Positions 40,787 to 52,902 are shown, counted from the first letter of the stretch. The stretch: DNA of 64,000 bases from Aureliella sp. (GCA_963691875.1 OY829846.1:737465-801464), one strand, 5' to 3'. The notes: generated by a model not told the origin, from the sequence alone. Made by a program: numbers and translations.

Positions 40787-40961
40787 TTCCTGACGTCGAT
40801 AATAGTGTTGTTCAACGTACGGCCCTCATCCAGAACACGGCAAGAACTAGCCGCACGGCAATAGTTTACGAAGCAGTACCGATGTGCGATTTTCGAACGG
40901 TCTGACTTGTGAACAGAAAACCATACAGGTTTTGAAGCTGTACCGCCAAAACAGGACTGCC

Positions 40962-41879
40962 ATGAAGGTTTTTTATTGTGATCATTTTGAATTGCCACTC
41001 CCAGCGGGGCATCGCTTTCCCATCGACAAATATCGGATCGCTAGGGAGCGCGTTCGAGATGAACTCGGCGAGCGCATTGCTCTAGTTTCAGCACCGTCGG
41101 CGACTCGTGATCAACTGACTCGAATCCATAAAGCGGCCTATGTTGAACAAGTATTCGTTGGCAACCTATCAGATCTTGCCCAGAAACGAATCGGATTTCC
41201 TTGGTCCCCCAAGATGCGAGAACGATCCTTGCGTTCGACGGGAGCAACAATCGCTGCTGCTCAGGCTGCCATCACGGATGGCATTTCCGTGCATCTCTCC
41301 GGTGGAACACACCATGCCTTTTCTGAGGAAGGACAAGGGTTTTGCGTATTTAACGATGTGGCCGTGGCCGCTTGTGACGTACTACACAAAGAACAAGCGA
41401 GCAAGATCCTGGTTGTCGACTTGGATGTGCATCAGGGCAACGGTACCGCTTCTATCTTCCAACACCAAGAGTCAGTTTTTACATTCTCGATGCATGGCAA
41501 CCGCAACTACCCATTTCGAAAAACCGAAGGAGACTTGGACATCGGGCTTTCAGATGGCATGGACGATGTGGAGTACTTGCGCATCTTGGGAGAAGCCTTT
41601 GAGCAAGCACTTCCATTATCCGACACCGATTTCTGCTTCTACATCGCGGGCGCCGATCCCTACAAAGAAGACCGCATGGGTCGTCTTGCACTCACGAAGG
41701 CCGGCTTGAGGCGACGTGATGAGTACGTCATCGGACGCCTCCAAGACCTCGGCACTCCCACAACGGTTGTCATGGGAGGCGGATATGCGGCAGTAGAGGA
41801 TGTCGCTGAAATCCACGCTGCTACGGTCGAAATTGCAGTTAGAAGTTTTGAGGAGCGAGACTCAGCCACCGACGGCTAA
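40962..41879 (+). CDS. Histone deacetylase family (Zn-dependent) protein
   Basis: HRFP..KY, GGTHHA, GFCVFNDVA, DLDVHQGNGT, GADP...DRMG, MGGGY. Confidence 0.95.
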   Translation: MKVFYCDHFELPLPAGHRFPIDKYRIARERVRDELGERIALVSAPSATRDQLTRIHKAAYVEQVFVGNLSDLAQKRIGFPWSPKMRERSLRSTGATIAAAQAAITDGISVHLSGGTHHAFSEEGQGFCVFNDVAVAACDVLHKEQASKILVVDLDVHQGNGTASIFQHQESVFTFSMHGNRNYPFRKTEGDLDIGLSDGMDDVEYLRILGEAFEQALPLSDTDFCFYIAGADPYKEDRMGRLALTKAGLRRRDEYVIGRLQDLGTPTTVVMGGGYAAVEDVAEIHAATVEIAVRSFEERDSATDG

Positions 41880-41932
41880 AGCCACCGGCAGGCATCTTAT
41901 CGGCGACAGGCAGGATTTGTATCTACCACCGT

Positions 41933-44434
41933 CTAGTTTCCGTAAACGGCATGCTTCGCGTCGCCACCGCTCTTCAGATACGCGAGGATCTGAGCGATCT
42001 CCTCAGGCTTGAAGGTATCGAGCAGACCGGAAGGCATCATCGAAACGGTAGACTCGCGGCGTTCGATAATATCTTCGACACCTACATTTGTGAAATCACC
42101 AGGCGCTAGCATATTTGTAACGATCTTGAGCGTATCTCCGCTCAGATTCGCCACCCGGCCAACAACTACGCCATTCTCAGTCAAAAACTGAGTTGCACCG
42201 TATTGATCACTTATTTCTTTGTTCGGATCAATAATTGCAGTAATCATGTCCTTGTCGTTAAATCGTTTACTTGCTGCGGTCAGATCCGGGCCTTGGATGC
42301 CGCCTTGACCGTTGAAGCGATGACACTTGAAGCACTGTGCTGTAGCGGTTAGAACTCGGCCTTTCTCGTAGTCCGGCTGAATCTTCACGTCAGCTAATAC
42401 TTTCTGGAGTTCTTGCAAATTCCATTCAGCGACCAGTTCTCGCGGAGACAAATCAGCCAATGGATCTTTCGGTGCTGGCATCTTGCCTGCAAGCTCTCCG
42501 ATTTCCGCTTTCTCTTCTTCAGACAATTGCTGCAAGGCCGCGTCACGAATGTTCTTAAGGAAGCCACCGAAGGATGCACCGCCTCGGGCAGAAGAAACAT
42601 CGAAGAACCAGCGGAAGTAGGCCAAGCGAGTTTCTTTGTCCCAGCCTGTTTTCATTTCTCGAAGACAGAACGCAAAGTGAATCTGATCCTCTTGTGCGTT
42701 TGCAAGCGTCATTTGTTCAACGCAACGAGCTACGACGCCTGGAGCTTCCAGGTAAATCAACTGCTTTGCGAGTTCCCGATTCAGCAGTGCATTTTCGTTC
42801 GGAAAGTGTGCATCTAGCTGCAAAAGGATCTTCTTCTTTTGCTCTTCGTTTGGCGCACCAAGTCGCATCCACACAAGTTCGTGGGCTCTAAGCAACTCAA
42901 GCTTCGTAGCTAGCGGTAAACCAGCAAAATTGATAGCGGAAAGCCGATCGACCAAGATCGCTTGATCCTCCTTTGAACCAGTTCGAGCCAGAGCGTAGGC
43001 TACATTGATAACGCCAAGAATCGAGGACTTCTCGAGTGCCAGCTCACGCCAGCTATCTACGGGAAGATGCTCAAGAACGATCCGAGCTGCATATCTAATT
43101 CCCTTATCGGTGTCTCCGATGGACGCCAGTGCCATTTTGGCACCTTCCGGACTCTTGCTGTCGTGGAAAGTCTCAAGAGCTCGTCGCATTCCGCGATTTC
43201 GAGCTAGTACACGTGGCGCAGGCTCTAAATCTCCTTTAGACAGCGGCTTCGTATACTTCACCCGATAGAGCCCCGAGGCCGTCTTCCGCCCACCAACTGC
43301 AAAGTAGAGCATCTTGTCAGTCGGATGCACCAACACATCCGTCACGGCCATGGGCGCCGCCGTCAGAAAGGTTTCATAGTCCCCAGTGTAGGTCGAGCCA
43401 TCCTCGCGCATATGCACAGCGTGGATCGCCCCATAACTCCAGTCACAGATAAAGAGCGCGTCCTGATACTTTCGCGGGAACTGCGTACCGTATCCAAAAC
43501 AGATTCCGGTAGGAGAGCCTGGACCAATGTTGACCACTGCACCGAAACTGTCGCCGTAGTAGTCAGGCCATTTTCCGGTTCCATTCCGCCAGCCAAACTC
43601 TGCACCGCTAACAACGTGATTAACTCGAGTCGGTCGGTACCATGGTGAACCAATATCCCATTCCATGTCGGCATCGTATGTAAATAAGTCGCCGTGCTTG
43701 TTGAAAGCGATATCGTACTCGTTGCGAAATCCTGTTGCGATGAGCTTCAAGTCTGAACCATCGGAAGCCATGCTACAAATCCACCCCCCCGGAGCTAGGC
43801 GACCTCGCATGTGACCTCGTGCATCAGGAAGACGACCAAGGAGATGGTCTTCGCCCCAAAGACGAGGAGCCACACCATCTTTTGCTGCCGCCGGTATATC
43901 CACTTGATTACCACAGCAGAAGTAGATACGACTTTTGTTGGGAGAAAGTATCAAAGCATGCGGACCATGCTCACCGGCCTTGTCAGACAGCGGCACGATA
44001 TATTCAACTTTGTCGAATTGATCGTCACCCGTCGTGTCTCTAAGTCGATAGACACCTGGGCCTTCCGCCAAAGTTCCTTCACGTTGTTTCTTATTTGCAT
44101 TGATGTTGATGTATAGCGAGTCAAAGGCGTAGAGCATGCCCTGAGCTAAGCCAATGTTCACGTCGAGCTGCTCCACTGCGGCGACACCATCGTTGAGCGT
44201 CGTCCGATACAGCTTGCCGTACTGGTCGCTAGCAATGATTCGACCTTTGTCGTCGGTGCAAAGCGAAACCCAAGAACCGTGACCAGCTTTGCTGACGTCA
44301 TGAACGAGTTCGACCTCGAAGCCAGGTAAGGTTTTGAACGCGCCGGCAGGACCATCTTCCGCGCTGGCACTAGGAACTACGAACAGGGACGTAAGGAAGA
44401 CATAAACGAGGAACTGTCGCATATGGAGATTCAT
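41933..44434 (-). CDS. PVC-type membrane-bound dehydrogenase-like protein with c-type heme
   Basis: F.TLPGFEVELV, GFRNEYD, DADMEWD.G.PWYRPTR, HEAT-like region, CFKCH, SMMP.GL. Confidence 0.88.
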   Translation of the reverse strand: MNLHMRQFLVYVFLTSLFVVPSASAEDGPAGAFKTLPGFEVELVHDVSKAGHGSWVSLCTDDKGRIIASDQYGKLYRTTLNDGVAAVEQLDVNIGLAQGMLYAFDSLYININANKKQREGTLAEGPGVYRLRDTTGDDQFDKVEYIVPLSDKAGEHGPHALILSPNKSRIYFCCGNQVDIPAAAKDGVAPRLWGEDHLLGRLPDARGHMRGRLAPGGWICSMASDGSDLKLIATGFRNEYDIAFNKHGDLFTYDADMEWDIGSPWYRPTRVNHVVSGAEFGWRNGTGKWPDYYGDSFGAVVNIGPGSPTGICFGYGTQFPRKYQDALFICDWSYGAIHAVHMREDGSTYTGDYETFLTAAPMAVTDVLVHPTDKMLYFAVGGRKTASGLYRVKYTKPLSKGDLEPAPRVLARNRGMRRALETFHDSKSPEGAKMALASIGDTDKGIRYAARIVLEHLPVDSWRELALEKSSILGVINVAYALARTGSKEDQAILVDRLSAINFAGLPLATKLELLRAHELVWMRLGAPNEEQKKKILLQLDAHFPNENALLNRELAKQLIYLEAPGVVARCVEQMTLANAQEDQIHFAFCLREMKTGWDKETRLAYFRWFFDVSSARGGASFGGFLKNIRDAALQQLSEEEKAEIGELAGKMPAPKDPLADLSPRELVAEWNLQELQKVLADVKIQPDYEKGRVLTATAQCFKCHRFNGQGGIQGPDLTAASKRFNDKDMITAIIDPNKEISDQYGATQFLTENGVVVGRVANLSGDTLKIVTNMLAPGDFTNVGVEDIIERRESTVSMMPSGLLDTFKPEEIAQILAYLKSGGDAKHAVYGN

Positions 44435-44631
44435 CAAGGCGAGTAACGGAGGAAAGTAATCACTGCACGCTATGCAGCATATCTGCCCATTATACATCCG
44501 CCAGTAGGGTGGATGCTCCCACTAAGAGGAAGAGCCGCGGGTTCTGGCTGCATGACCACCGTGAGTCTACGAGAAACTCGGGTTTTTCCATATAATTGCG
44601 GGTTAAAGTAAGCCCCCATTTGGAAATAAGA

Positions 44632-47600
44632 ATGACAATCAGTTGGAAAGACCTTGGTGAAGATTGGCTAGTCGAAGACTCTAGTGTTGCTCTTGGATGG
44701 GATGCAACCAAAGCTTCCGAGGAGCAAAAGCAGCTGCGAGAGTACTTAGCAATGCAGCTGGACGTAAACGGCCTAGCTGTTCCCGCATCGAAAGAGACTG
44801 GCGCCTTCAGCGTTGGCTTTCTTTCGAGCCTACGTGAAAAGAATCGCCTGCTATCTGGCCACACACCAGCTGTCGATCGTCGCATTGAAGCTTTTCTTGC
44901 ATCCCATTTCGACGCAGAAACCTTCGGAGCCTTACAACTCCCCAAATCCTCTTTCGTACTCGATCGACATGGCTTGGCTCGACAACTGAGCCTACCTGCT
45001 GAAGGTGACGAGTTTGAGAACGACTTGCTATCGAGCTACCGAGTCTTCAACGGTGTTGTTCACAATCCGGCAGCAGACCGTCGGACCACCAAAGGCACTT
45101 TTCACGTTTGTGAAGGTGGGTTACCAATTCCAGCGGATAAACGCGCCGTCCCCAAGAAAGTTTTCGCGCGGTTGTTTCAGCATGCGATGAATCCGCCGAA
45201 ACAATGGTTGAAGCTTCCGTACCTGCATGGCCAGGAAGGCATAAATGAAACCTTTGTCTCATTGCTAATTCGACCGTTGGTTTGTCCAGCAGTACCGGGC
45301 TATTGTAGCCATAAGAAGATGGAGGTGCGTTTCTTTGTTCCGGGAGGTCTGGTTAGCAACTTGGACTTTGTCGAATCCATTTTCGGCAACGGAGGCGATC
45401 CATTGCTTGCCGAGAACGACGCAGGGCTCGATGTCGAACATTGGTCGGGTCATACGGGAACAGTCATTCTTGCTCCGCACCTTTGTCATTTGACAAAGAA
45501 GGAGCTTGGCTTGCCCCACATCGACGACGCATCGGAACGTCAGCGGCGCGATGAAATGTGCTACCAAGCGGAGGATGAGAAATACAATGGCGGCACGGCC
45601 TTCAAAGTCACTTGCCGAACAGCAGACGGAGTCATTGTCACCCTGATTGCAGACAACTATTTCGGATACTGCAAGAAGGAAGTCAAGACTCAGATCAGCT
45701 ACGCCACCAACTTGATGGGCAACGCGGAAGAGGAGCACGCCGGCGGCACGATGGCATTCCCGAGTTGGTCACTTGGCGACGAGTTCCAGGTCAAGTCGCA
45801 GCAGTATAACGGCCGCACGATGCAAGACATGCAACGCGACTATGGCAACTTCATCGCGTTTCAGCCCGAGGGATACGGACTGGACAAGAATTGCAAGTCG
45901 CTGGTTTACATCCCAGAGGCAGCCAAAGCCAGCTTGTACGATCAGAAGATCCACTGGACGCAGGACGACAAGCCACAGAGCATTCCCTTGCAGCCGGGCA
46001 TCACCTACATGGCGCCCAGTGGCTATCGTATCCAGATGGAAAAGCACCCCAAGGCACCATCATGGCGACTGATCGGGATCAGTGGGGAAGGAATTGTTTG
46101 CCACAAGCCCTGCACGGTCAGCGGTGGTGGCAAAAGTGAGATCTCGAAATCACTGCGTGATTATATGCTCGCCGGACCAATCTTTGTCGGGGACCTAAAA
46201 TCCGATTTCCAGAAGATCGATGATATCTTCAGCAAAGACTACTCCAAGCGCTGGCGACGTGACTACGCAGACAAACCAGACTACGGCAAGACGCCGAGTC
46301 GTTCAGTGCTGGACCCCACTCGATCCCTTGGCAGCTTCATCAAGTTGATGACGCCCTCGACGGATTACACGGAAAAGTACAACGCCTGGCTCAAGGACAT
46401 TCCGGGCCACATCTATGCGATGGCCTTCATTATCAAGCGTTTTTCTAAGCCAGAGTGGGGCGAAGATTGGGAGAAGCATTTCTCAGTCGACAACGTGAAC
46501 GGCGAGCCCGGCCACGAAATGAAATACCGCAACCGCAAACTCGTCGGAATGTATTTGCGTGTTGGTTTGGATGGTGAAAAGCGTTGGCAAACTTACAAAG
46601 TAAGGCAAGACTTTGCCAGCGCTTGCAAAATCCAGCTAGAAGATGACATCAGTGCATCCGTGGTCGTGCCGGGTTCGAATTTGGGAGACGGTTTCGATGC
46701 GTCAAGCAGCTACAAGTTCGTCGCGAACTGCGAGTACCGGTTGTTCCAACGCCCAGACGATGCCGTGCATCGCGGCTTGGACAAACAGACAGAGAAAGAT
46801 ATGGCACGCAGCCAGAATTTCTTCTGCAACTACGAACCGCTAGGCCGAGCGGAAGCCGAGGCCTTGGCTGCGGACGTCTTGCAATTCGGCGACTTCACCC
46901 AGCCAATGCAAGACATGCTGAATGATGCACGTGACGAAGACTCGGCCTTCGTAGTCAGTTCAGCTCATCCGCGCCTTGTGGATGGAGTCCCTTCGAAGAA
47001 TCCACGCTACTTGCAGGATCGAACAGATCTATCAGATCCCGACCAAGTCTACATCGCGAAACAAAGCGTTCGCTTAAATCGCGCACTGGCAGCCGACTCC
47101 CCGATTTACCAACCAGTGTCAGCAGTCCTTTCTGGACGTCGGAATAATCCGCCAGATAAGAAAGCAGGGATTCGCTCGCTGGCAGTCTACAATCCGATCC
47201 ATTTTCAGGAGTTGCCTGAGCTGTTCATGGATTATGTGTGCTCGCTAACCGGTAAAAGTCCTTCGACAACGGGCGCTGGCAGTGAAGGTGCCCTAACCAA
47301 GGGTCCTTTCAATGCCTTGCTGCCAATTCACGATTTGAATGCAGCCTTGGTCAGCATGATTCTGACTCGCATCGGCGGATTTTCGACGGCAGCTGGCTAC
47401 GTCGGCAGCGATATTGAGGTCGGACACGACATCAGCTTCCTCGTTCCCGAGCTCTGGTGCCGACTCGATGCATCACAGCGAGATCCAGAGTACTTGATCA
47501 AAGAGAAGCTCCTAGAAAAAATGGAGGACTACCAGTTCCAAGGCCGTCAGATTCTGGCAAGTCGGCTTGGCTATCGAATCACCGAGCGATTCGTGAGGAT

Positions 47601-48114
47601 GTTCTTCGGTCGGCTGTTCGATAATCCAGATAAAGTCTTCGACAAGCGAATTCTTTGCCCAGAGGTTCAAGACGAAGAGGGCTTTGCTGACGGCGTCGAC
47701 CACATCGTCGAAGCCCAGCAAAAGGTCGCAGCAAGATACTTCGAGGATGGCAGCTATGAATTGGCTTGCCCACCGCTCAAGGCCGTTCTGTCTGTGATGG
47801 CTCATGGAAATTGGGAAGGTAGGACGTTGGATGATCCTGAAGTACGAGCGATGTTTACCCGTGATTCACTTCTGGCAAGCGACTGGTATCAAGCTCGCTT
47901 GGCTGCCAAGCAACATTCTGACATTCGCTTGTGGACGGCGCATAAAGATTACTTGAGTCAATTCACCGATGATCCACAGCAAGTAGATCTCGTGAACCGC
48001 CATGATCTTCAGGACCGGTTGCAGGAAGCTGAGGCCAAACTGGGGGAAGTAAGCGAGCCTAGCTATCTTAGTAGCCTCATTGGCACCCTTGGAACCGACC
48101 CAAGCCTGACCTAG
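44632..48114 (+). CDS. Probable pyrophosphate-dependent phosphoenolpyruvate carboxykinase (PPi-PEPCK)
   Basis: About 1160 aa; HNPAADRRTTKGTFH, DNYFGYCKKEVKTQIS, EEEHAGG, HKPCTVSGGGKSEISK and TGKSPSTTGAGSEGALTKGPFNAL match recalled motifs of the Entamoeba/Propionibacterium family. Confidence 0.8.
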   Translation: MTISWKDLGEDWLVEDSSVALGWDATKASEEQKQLREYLAMQLDVNGLAVPASKETGAFSVGFLSSLREKNRLLSGHTPAVDRRIEAFLASHFDAETFGALQLPKSSFVLDRHGLARQLSLPAEGDEFENDLLSSYRVFNGVVHNPAADRRTTKGTFHVCEGGLPIPADKRAVPKKVFARLFQHAMNPPKQWLKLPYLHGQEGINETFVSLLIRPLVCPAVPGYCSHKKMEVRFFVPGGLVSNLDFVESIFGNGGDPLLAENDAGLDVEHWSGHTGTVILAPHLCHLTKKELGLPHIDDASERQRRDEMCYQAEDEKYNGGTAFKVTCRTADGVIVTLIADNYFGYCKKEVKTQISYATNLMGNAEEEHAGGTMAFPSWSLGDEFQVKSQQYNGRTMQDMQRDYGNFIAFQPEGYGLDKNCKSLVYIPEAAKASLYDQKIHWTQDDKPQSIPLQPGITYMAPSGYRIQMEKHPKAPSWRLIGISGEGIVCHKPCTVSGGGKSEISKSLRDYMLAGPIFVGDLKSDFQKIDDIFSKDYSKRWRRDYADKPDYGKTPSRSVLDPTRSLGSFIKLMTPSTDYTEKYNAWLKDIPGHIYAMAFIIKRFSKPEWGEDWEKHFSVDNVNGEPGHEMKYRNRKLVGMYLRVGLDGEKRWQTYKVRQDFASACKIQLEDDISASVVVPGSNLGDGFDASSSYKFVANCEYRLFQRPDDAVHRGLDKQTEKDMARSQNFFCNYEPLGRAEAEALAADVLQFGDFTQPMQDMLNDARDEDSAFVVSSAHPRLVDGVPSKNPRYLQDRTDLSDPDQVYIAKQSVRLNRALAADSPIYQPVSAVLSGRRNNPPDKKAGIRSLAVYNPIHFQELPELFMDYVCSLTGKSPSTTGAGSEGALTKGPFNALLPIHDLNAALVSMILTRIGGFSTAAGYVGSDIEVGHDISFLVPELWCRLDASQRDPEYLIKEKLLEKMEDYQFQGRQILASRLGYRITERFVRMFFGRLFDNPDKVFDKRILCPEVQDEEGFADGVDHIVEAQQKVAARYFEDGSYELACPPLKAVLSVMAHGNWEGRTLDDPEVRAMFTRDSLLASDWYQARLAAKQHSDIRLWTAHKDYLSQFTDDPQQVDLVNRHDLQDRLQEAEAKLGEVSEPSYLSSLIGTLGTDPSLT

Positions 48115-48866
48115 AGTCTTAACTCTCGTGTGTACATCACAACCCAACGCTTCATTCATAAAGTTGCTATTTTCGAATCTCGGAACGAGGATTGCAGCCC
48201 TTTTTTGTTGGGCTTCTGCGACTTACTCTTCTTGGAGAAAGTCGCGAATAACACGAGCGGAGTGGGGCCAATCTAGAGATTCGAAATCCGCACTAATGTC
48301 CATATTCGGGCCCAGCGTTTTCCTGCCCTAGTCGCACCGGTCTTTGCGTGACAATCGGACCGTTTTCATTACTTGCAGGTCAAAAACTGGATCGCCCCAA
48401 GTGCATGAAGCTTGTGGCAGTTGCTTTAGAAGAGCTACCAACGGAGTCCTCGAGCGTTTAAATCAAGGTCTGCTGTGACGAAAGATTGGTCGATCTCACT
48501 TGCGAATTCACGCTCAGGACGGAAAGGCTCCTCTCTGGGAAAGCGGATGAACAGTGGAATAATCAGAGCAGCGTGACCTTTGGAAAACAGAGTATCTATT
48601 CGCGGCGCGACAGATTCAAGCAGTTCACTAACATCGAATCTCATTCCGATCTCGCCGAGTCAATCGATCAAGCACTCGAGGCAGATGATGCCGGCAAAAT
48701 AAAGGAGCTTGATCTCAAAAGCGAAGTTCTCATCCTTCTCCGATTCGCCCCCAATTAGTTGCCGAGGAGGGATTACAAAGGTTTCCGGGCGTCGTTATGC
48801 AAAAAGGCGTTCCCCTTAAGAAACGCCTTTCCGGTGCAAATACTTCATCACGATCTGCCTAGCCTA

Positions 48867-51290
48867 CTAATCCCAGGCATTCACAACTTCACCATCATCT
48901 CGACTGAAAAGTGCCTTCCAAGTATCGATATCCAGGTACTCGGAGAGGAATTGCACTGAACCATCCCCTAACACGGCGTTGGTGCCGTCGGGGTATGGCC
49001 CGAAAAGCTGCCAATATGTGTCAGGATCAAACTCAAACTCAGTCGGTTTCGTCCATGGCTCAGCGAGTTGGTCAGACGCTTCAATGACCATGATCGTAAT
49101 AGAAAGCCCATCGGTGACCTGCCCAAACCGGATACCTTGCTCGTCGTCGGGATTGTTAGAGAGCATCCCGTGTTCCCCGCCATTTCCCAAATAAACGGTC
49201 ATGCCTGGGTCGGCCATACTCACGGGCGAACGGTAGGCATCGGGCATTTCCTCAAGCAGAGCAATGTTGTGATCGCTGTCCCAGGGTTCATCCAAATTAA
49301 AACGCTCGTAGAGATTCGTGTATCCCAGGAACGGAAGCAGTTTGACGCGCCAGCTAAGCAGGGGAGTTCCGTCCTCCGCCTTGGTGTAAGCGGCAGGCAG
49401 GAGGCTGCGGTAGGCTGCTCCATGATTGTGGACCGCCAATCCAATTTGCTTCAAATTATTTACAGAGGTAGCTCGCCGTGCCGAGTCACGGGCAGCCTGA
49501 ACCGCTGGCAAAAGAAGTGCCATGCCAATCGGGCCTGCTACCACAATATTCACCGACGGAACGGTTTGATAGCTAGTAAGCTGCCACCCACCCTCGTCGC
49601 TTCGCAGTACGGATTGCGAAGGAAGAATATGGCGATAGACACTCCGATACGAAGGCAGTGTAACTTGCGAAAGAGTTTGCCCCAGCACCTCAGCATCCGG
49701 CCCCAAACCAGCTTCATCTGCAAAAACACCGGCCATGCCGCCGAACATTGCACCGTAGGCATAGATCATTTCATACTGCCGCTTCACATCCTGATATGCG
49801 AAGCCAACGATCCCTTCTTCGACCGCAAGCTCACTTAAATCTAGCCTCTCGTCGCTTGGCGCCGGATCAACATAAGGCCGGAGGGTCTGTGGATAAAGGC
49901 TGACCCACAAATGCCCGTCGTGCAGAGACCAGCTAGGCTGAACCGGCATGGGGAAATCTGGGATAGTAAGAGTGTAGACAGTCGCATCTGCGAGATCGCG
50001 AGCTTGAATCTGGGGACCACCTCGTACGTCAAGCTGCTGAAAAGTGGAAATAAGATCCTGATTGACTCTCTCAAGAGCGACTTGATCCTTTAGGTCTACC
50101 GTCAGCAGAGTGCCTACCCCAAGTCCGTCTCCGGCGCCATTGAAAAGAGTCCAGGTGGATCCTAAATGAGCAAGAATGTCAGTCTGTGGATTGATTCCTA
50201 TCTCATCCTCAATCTGCCCCATTTCACGTTCGAAGCCATCCACGTCACGTGGCGAAAATCCACGCGCGAGTGCGATGACCTTCGTCATCACATCATTCAA
50301 GTTGATCGAGATACTTGTGACATAGAGTGCATCCGCTGGAACATTCTCTAGCGACTTGAGATTCAGCGGCTCGGTTCCAACCATGGTGAGCAATCCGGAC
50401 GCTGGACCATTCCAGCTTAGTCTCGCATGGTCCACCAACGCGGTTTCATCGTAGCCCGAACTGCTGGTGATGCTCTTCAAGCTATGCAGACCAAGTGCCT
50501 GAACCATAGGCTGTATCGCTTGAGCAGCTGGTCCAGCTGTTTCCATCGCTTGGCCATAGATGGCTTCTAGATTAACAAAGCCTACTGAAGTACGACGCGG
50601 TACAGGCAGTTGTTTTTCGAGTTCTGCTAGCCACTTGGGTTTACCGCGATCAGACTTCCCACGTGCAGCTTGTACGAGCTTGGTCATGCTCGCGCGGCCG
50701 ACACCAACAAGCAACTTGCCATCGACAGCAGAAAGATAGACAACGGACTTGAAGGGAGACTCTGGTAACATGACCGCGTAAGCGTCTCGCTCTTCCATCT
50801 TGCCTTTTCGCAGCGGCAAGCCTTCACTATCGGCCATCGTGATCAGAGATTTCAAAAACTGCTCCGCCCCGTCGCCGAATTCAAAGGCAAGCCCAGCCTC
50901 AACCTTGACGGATTTTTCCTGCATGTTGACGTCTACAGACTCAACGAGCAAACAACCTGGACGCGCGAAGAGCATGCCCATTACTTGCGGCATTATCGCC
51001 TTGACGGCTTGTTGCTTCAAAGCCGGTTGATCCCGCATTGCCAGAGTAGCTAAGACCGTGATTTGTTCCGTGATCTGTTCACCGAACTCAACAATCTCCG
51101 GCTCGTTCATCATGAGCTCCGCCTGATTAGTTGAACCCTCGGCTGCAGGCTGTAGCCCTGTCCAGCTGGAGAACATCAAGCAGTTCTCCGGCGCGACGGA
51201 GTAGCCGAAAGAACCTTCCTGCGCGAGTGATTGCGGAACACAGAAAATGGATAGAGTCAGCATGAGCAAAAAGGGCGTCGGACGTCGCAT
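48867..51290 (-). CDS. DUF1559 domain protein with a large N-terminal secreted domain
   Basis: Signal peptide; [43 protein letters not shown]. Confidence 0.88.
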   Translation of the reverse strand: MRRPTPFLLMLTLSIFCVPQSLAQEGSFGYSVAPENCLMFSSWTGLQPAAEGSTNQAELMMNEPEIVEFGEQITEQITVLATLAMRDQPALKQQAVKAIMPQVMGMLFARPGCLLVESVDVNMQEKSVKVEAGLAFEFGDGAEQFLKSLITMADSEGLPLRKGKMEERDAYAVMLPESPFKSVVYLSAVDGKLLVGVGRASMTKLVQAARGKSDRGKPKWLAELEKQLPVPRRTSVGFVNLEAIYGQAMETAGPAAQAIQPMVQALGLHSLKSITSSSGYDETALVDHARLSWNGPASGLLTMVGTEPLNLKSLENVPADALYVTSISINLNDVMTKVIALARGFSPRDVDGFEREMGQIEDEIGINPQTDILAHLGSTWTLFNGAGDGLGVGTLLTVDLKDQVALERVNQDLISTFQQLDVRGGPQIQARDLADATVYTLTIPDFPMPVQPSWSLHDGHLWVSLYPQTLRPYVDPAPSDERLDLSELAVEEGIVGFAYQDVKRQYEMIYAYGAMFGGMAGVFADEAGLGPDAEVLGQTLSQVTLPSYRSVYRHILPSQSVLRSDEGGWQLTSYQTVPSVNIVVAGPIGMALLLPAVQAARDSARRATSVNNLKQIGLAVHNHGAAYRSLLPAAYTKAEDGTPLLSWRVKLLPFLGYTNLYERFNLDEPWDSDHNIALLEEMPDAYRSPVSMADPGMTVYLGNGGEHGMLSNNPDDEQGIRFGQVTDGLSITIMVIEASDQLAEPWTKPTEFEFDPDTYWQLFGPYPDGTNAVLGDGSVQFLSEYLDIDTWKALFSRDDGEVVNAWD

Positions 51291-51743
51291 ATCTCGTCTC
51301 TCAGGAAGAAATGAAGTCTGAACTTCGGTCCCAAGCTAAGTAGCCCTTGGCGACCTCATTCTGCGGCATGGCAGTGTATCATGCTTAGTGCGTACCTGCA
51401 CAAACAGAAGACAGAACTCCTCGATGAGTTATTCCCACTCAAGCCGGCGTGTTCCGACTCACAGTAAGAGAGTCCCAGTCATACGAATTCGTCTATAGTC
51501 GCCGATCGATTTGCGTTCGTAGCTTTCGACATGAGATATGCTTATAGCTTTTCTGGACGACTCAAACTCGATTTGATCGAGCCCGGCGAGTTGTGCGGAT
51601 GACAAGCAGGATGCCCTTTTGAATCAAGATATTATTTTTTAGTTCCGCTGCCGACTTTTGATCAGTTCGAGAGCCAGGGATGGCCGACGCCTTTCGGCGA
51701 TGCGGCTCACCAATTTCGACCTGAACTGCGAATTCGGAGCCTA

Positions 51744-52460
51744 CTAATCTCGGTTAGATGCTTGCGAAAAGCGATATAGATAGTAGAGCAACGTGAGAAC
51801 TGCTTGCAAAGTTGCAGCTACATAGGTCAATGCAGCTGCATTCAGTACGCGACTCACGTAGTGAATCTCGTTGCCGGACACGATTCCGAGCTCGACGAGT
51901 TCTCGCTTCGCGCGGGAACTGGCATTGAATTCAACCGGCAAGTTCACAAGCTGGAATGCCACAACTCCCGCAAAACAAATGATGCCCAGCAAAAGGACTG
52001 GCTTTCCCAACGGCGCCATGCCGTAAAAAACCATGGCAAGTCCAGCCATCATTGCTAAACTCCCGAAACCACTGCCGAAGTTTGCAGCGGGAACGGCGAG
52101 GTTACGCACGACGAGCGGTGCGTATTTTTGGGCGTCCTGCAAAGCATGCCCGACCTCGTGCGCAGCAATTCCTACAGCCGCCATAGAATTTCCGTGGTAG
52201 TTCTCTTGGCTCAGTCTCACGACTTTTGCCTTCGGATCGTAGTGATCGGAAAGTCTTCCAGCGACCGACTCAATGTTCACATCGTACAGGCCCCGGGCGT
52301 CAAGAATCCTTCTCGCAGCTTGAAAGCCGGTAGACGAAGCACCTACTTGACTCATTTGGTTATAAGCGGATTTCACCATCCACTGAGCTGCCATCGCCAG
52401 CAAGAATGCGGGTGCCAGAAAAATCATCAGGCCGAAATCAAGAAAGGGACTACCAAACAT
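51744..52460 (-). CDS. Putative neutral zinc metallopeptidase (YugP-like), membrane-bound
   Basis: LSDHYDP, AAHEVGHALQ (HExxH), TLPVEFNAS-like NLPVEFNAS, AAALTYVAA. Confidence 0.92.
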   Translation of the reverse strand: MFGSPFLDFGLMIFLAPAFLLAMAAQWMVKSAYNQMSQVGASSTGFQAARRILDARGLYDVNIESVAGRLSDHYDPKAKVVRLSQENYHGNSMAAVGIAAHEVGHALQDAQKYAPLVVRNLAVPAANFGSGFGSLAMMAGLAMVFYGMAPLGKPVLLLGIICFAGVVAFQLVNLPVEFNASSRAKRELVELGIVSGNEIHYVSRVLNAAALTYVAATLQAVLTLLYYLYRFSQASNRD

Positions 52461-52818
52461 CGCTGTACTCCTAAAACTTTGCGAATCGGGACTCTTGCCG
52501 AACAGTCAAGCAGCCTGAACGACCGCTATGAAGCCTTGCTAGGTTAGAGTTGCCGGACGGCGCAGTCTGACTTGGCAGTCGTCTGCTCCACCTAGGGGAT
52601 GTTGCACTTTCCGGGCCAACACTTGGAAGCCGTACCGAGAACTCCTTCGTTTTGCCCGGAAGAAACTTACCAAGCTTGCCAAATATGCCGAAAACAGGCT
52701 TTGAATACGGAAAGATTTTGTCCAAATACCAATCGGGCCTTGTGGAAAAACACCGTCTTCGATTAAATTCTTCGGTCTAAATTCGTGGGAAGTGCGCGAG
52801 ATTGCCATTCCTCGGAAA

Positions 52819-52902
<84 letters not shown>

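Noticed and set aside
48486-48758. 90-aa ORF and neighbouring fragments as a degraded nuclease gene
   Set aside because: Only a vague YLQVK-like word and no coherent motif set; cannot be supported without a search.
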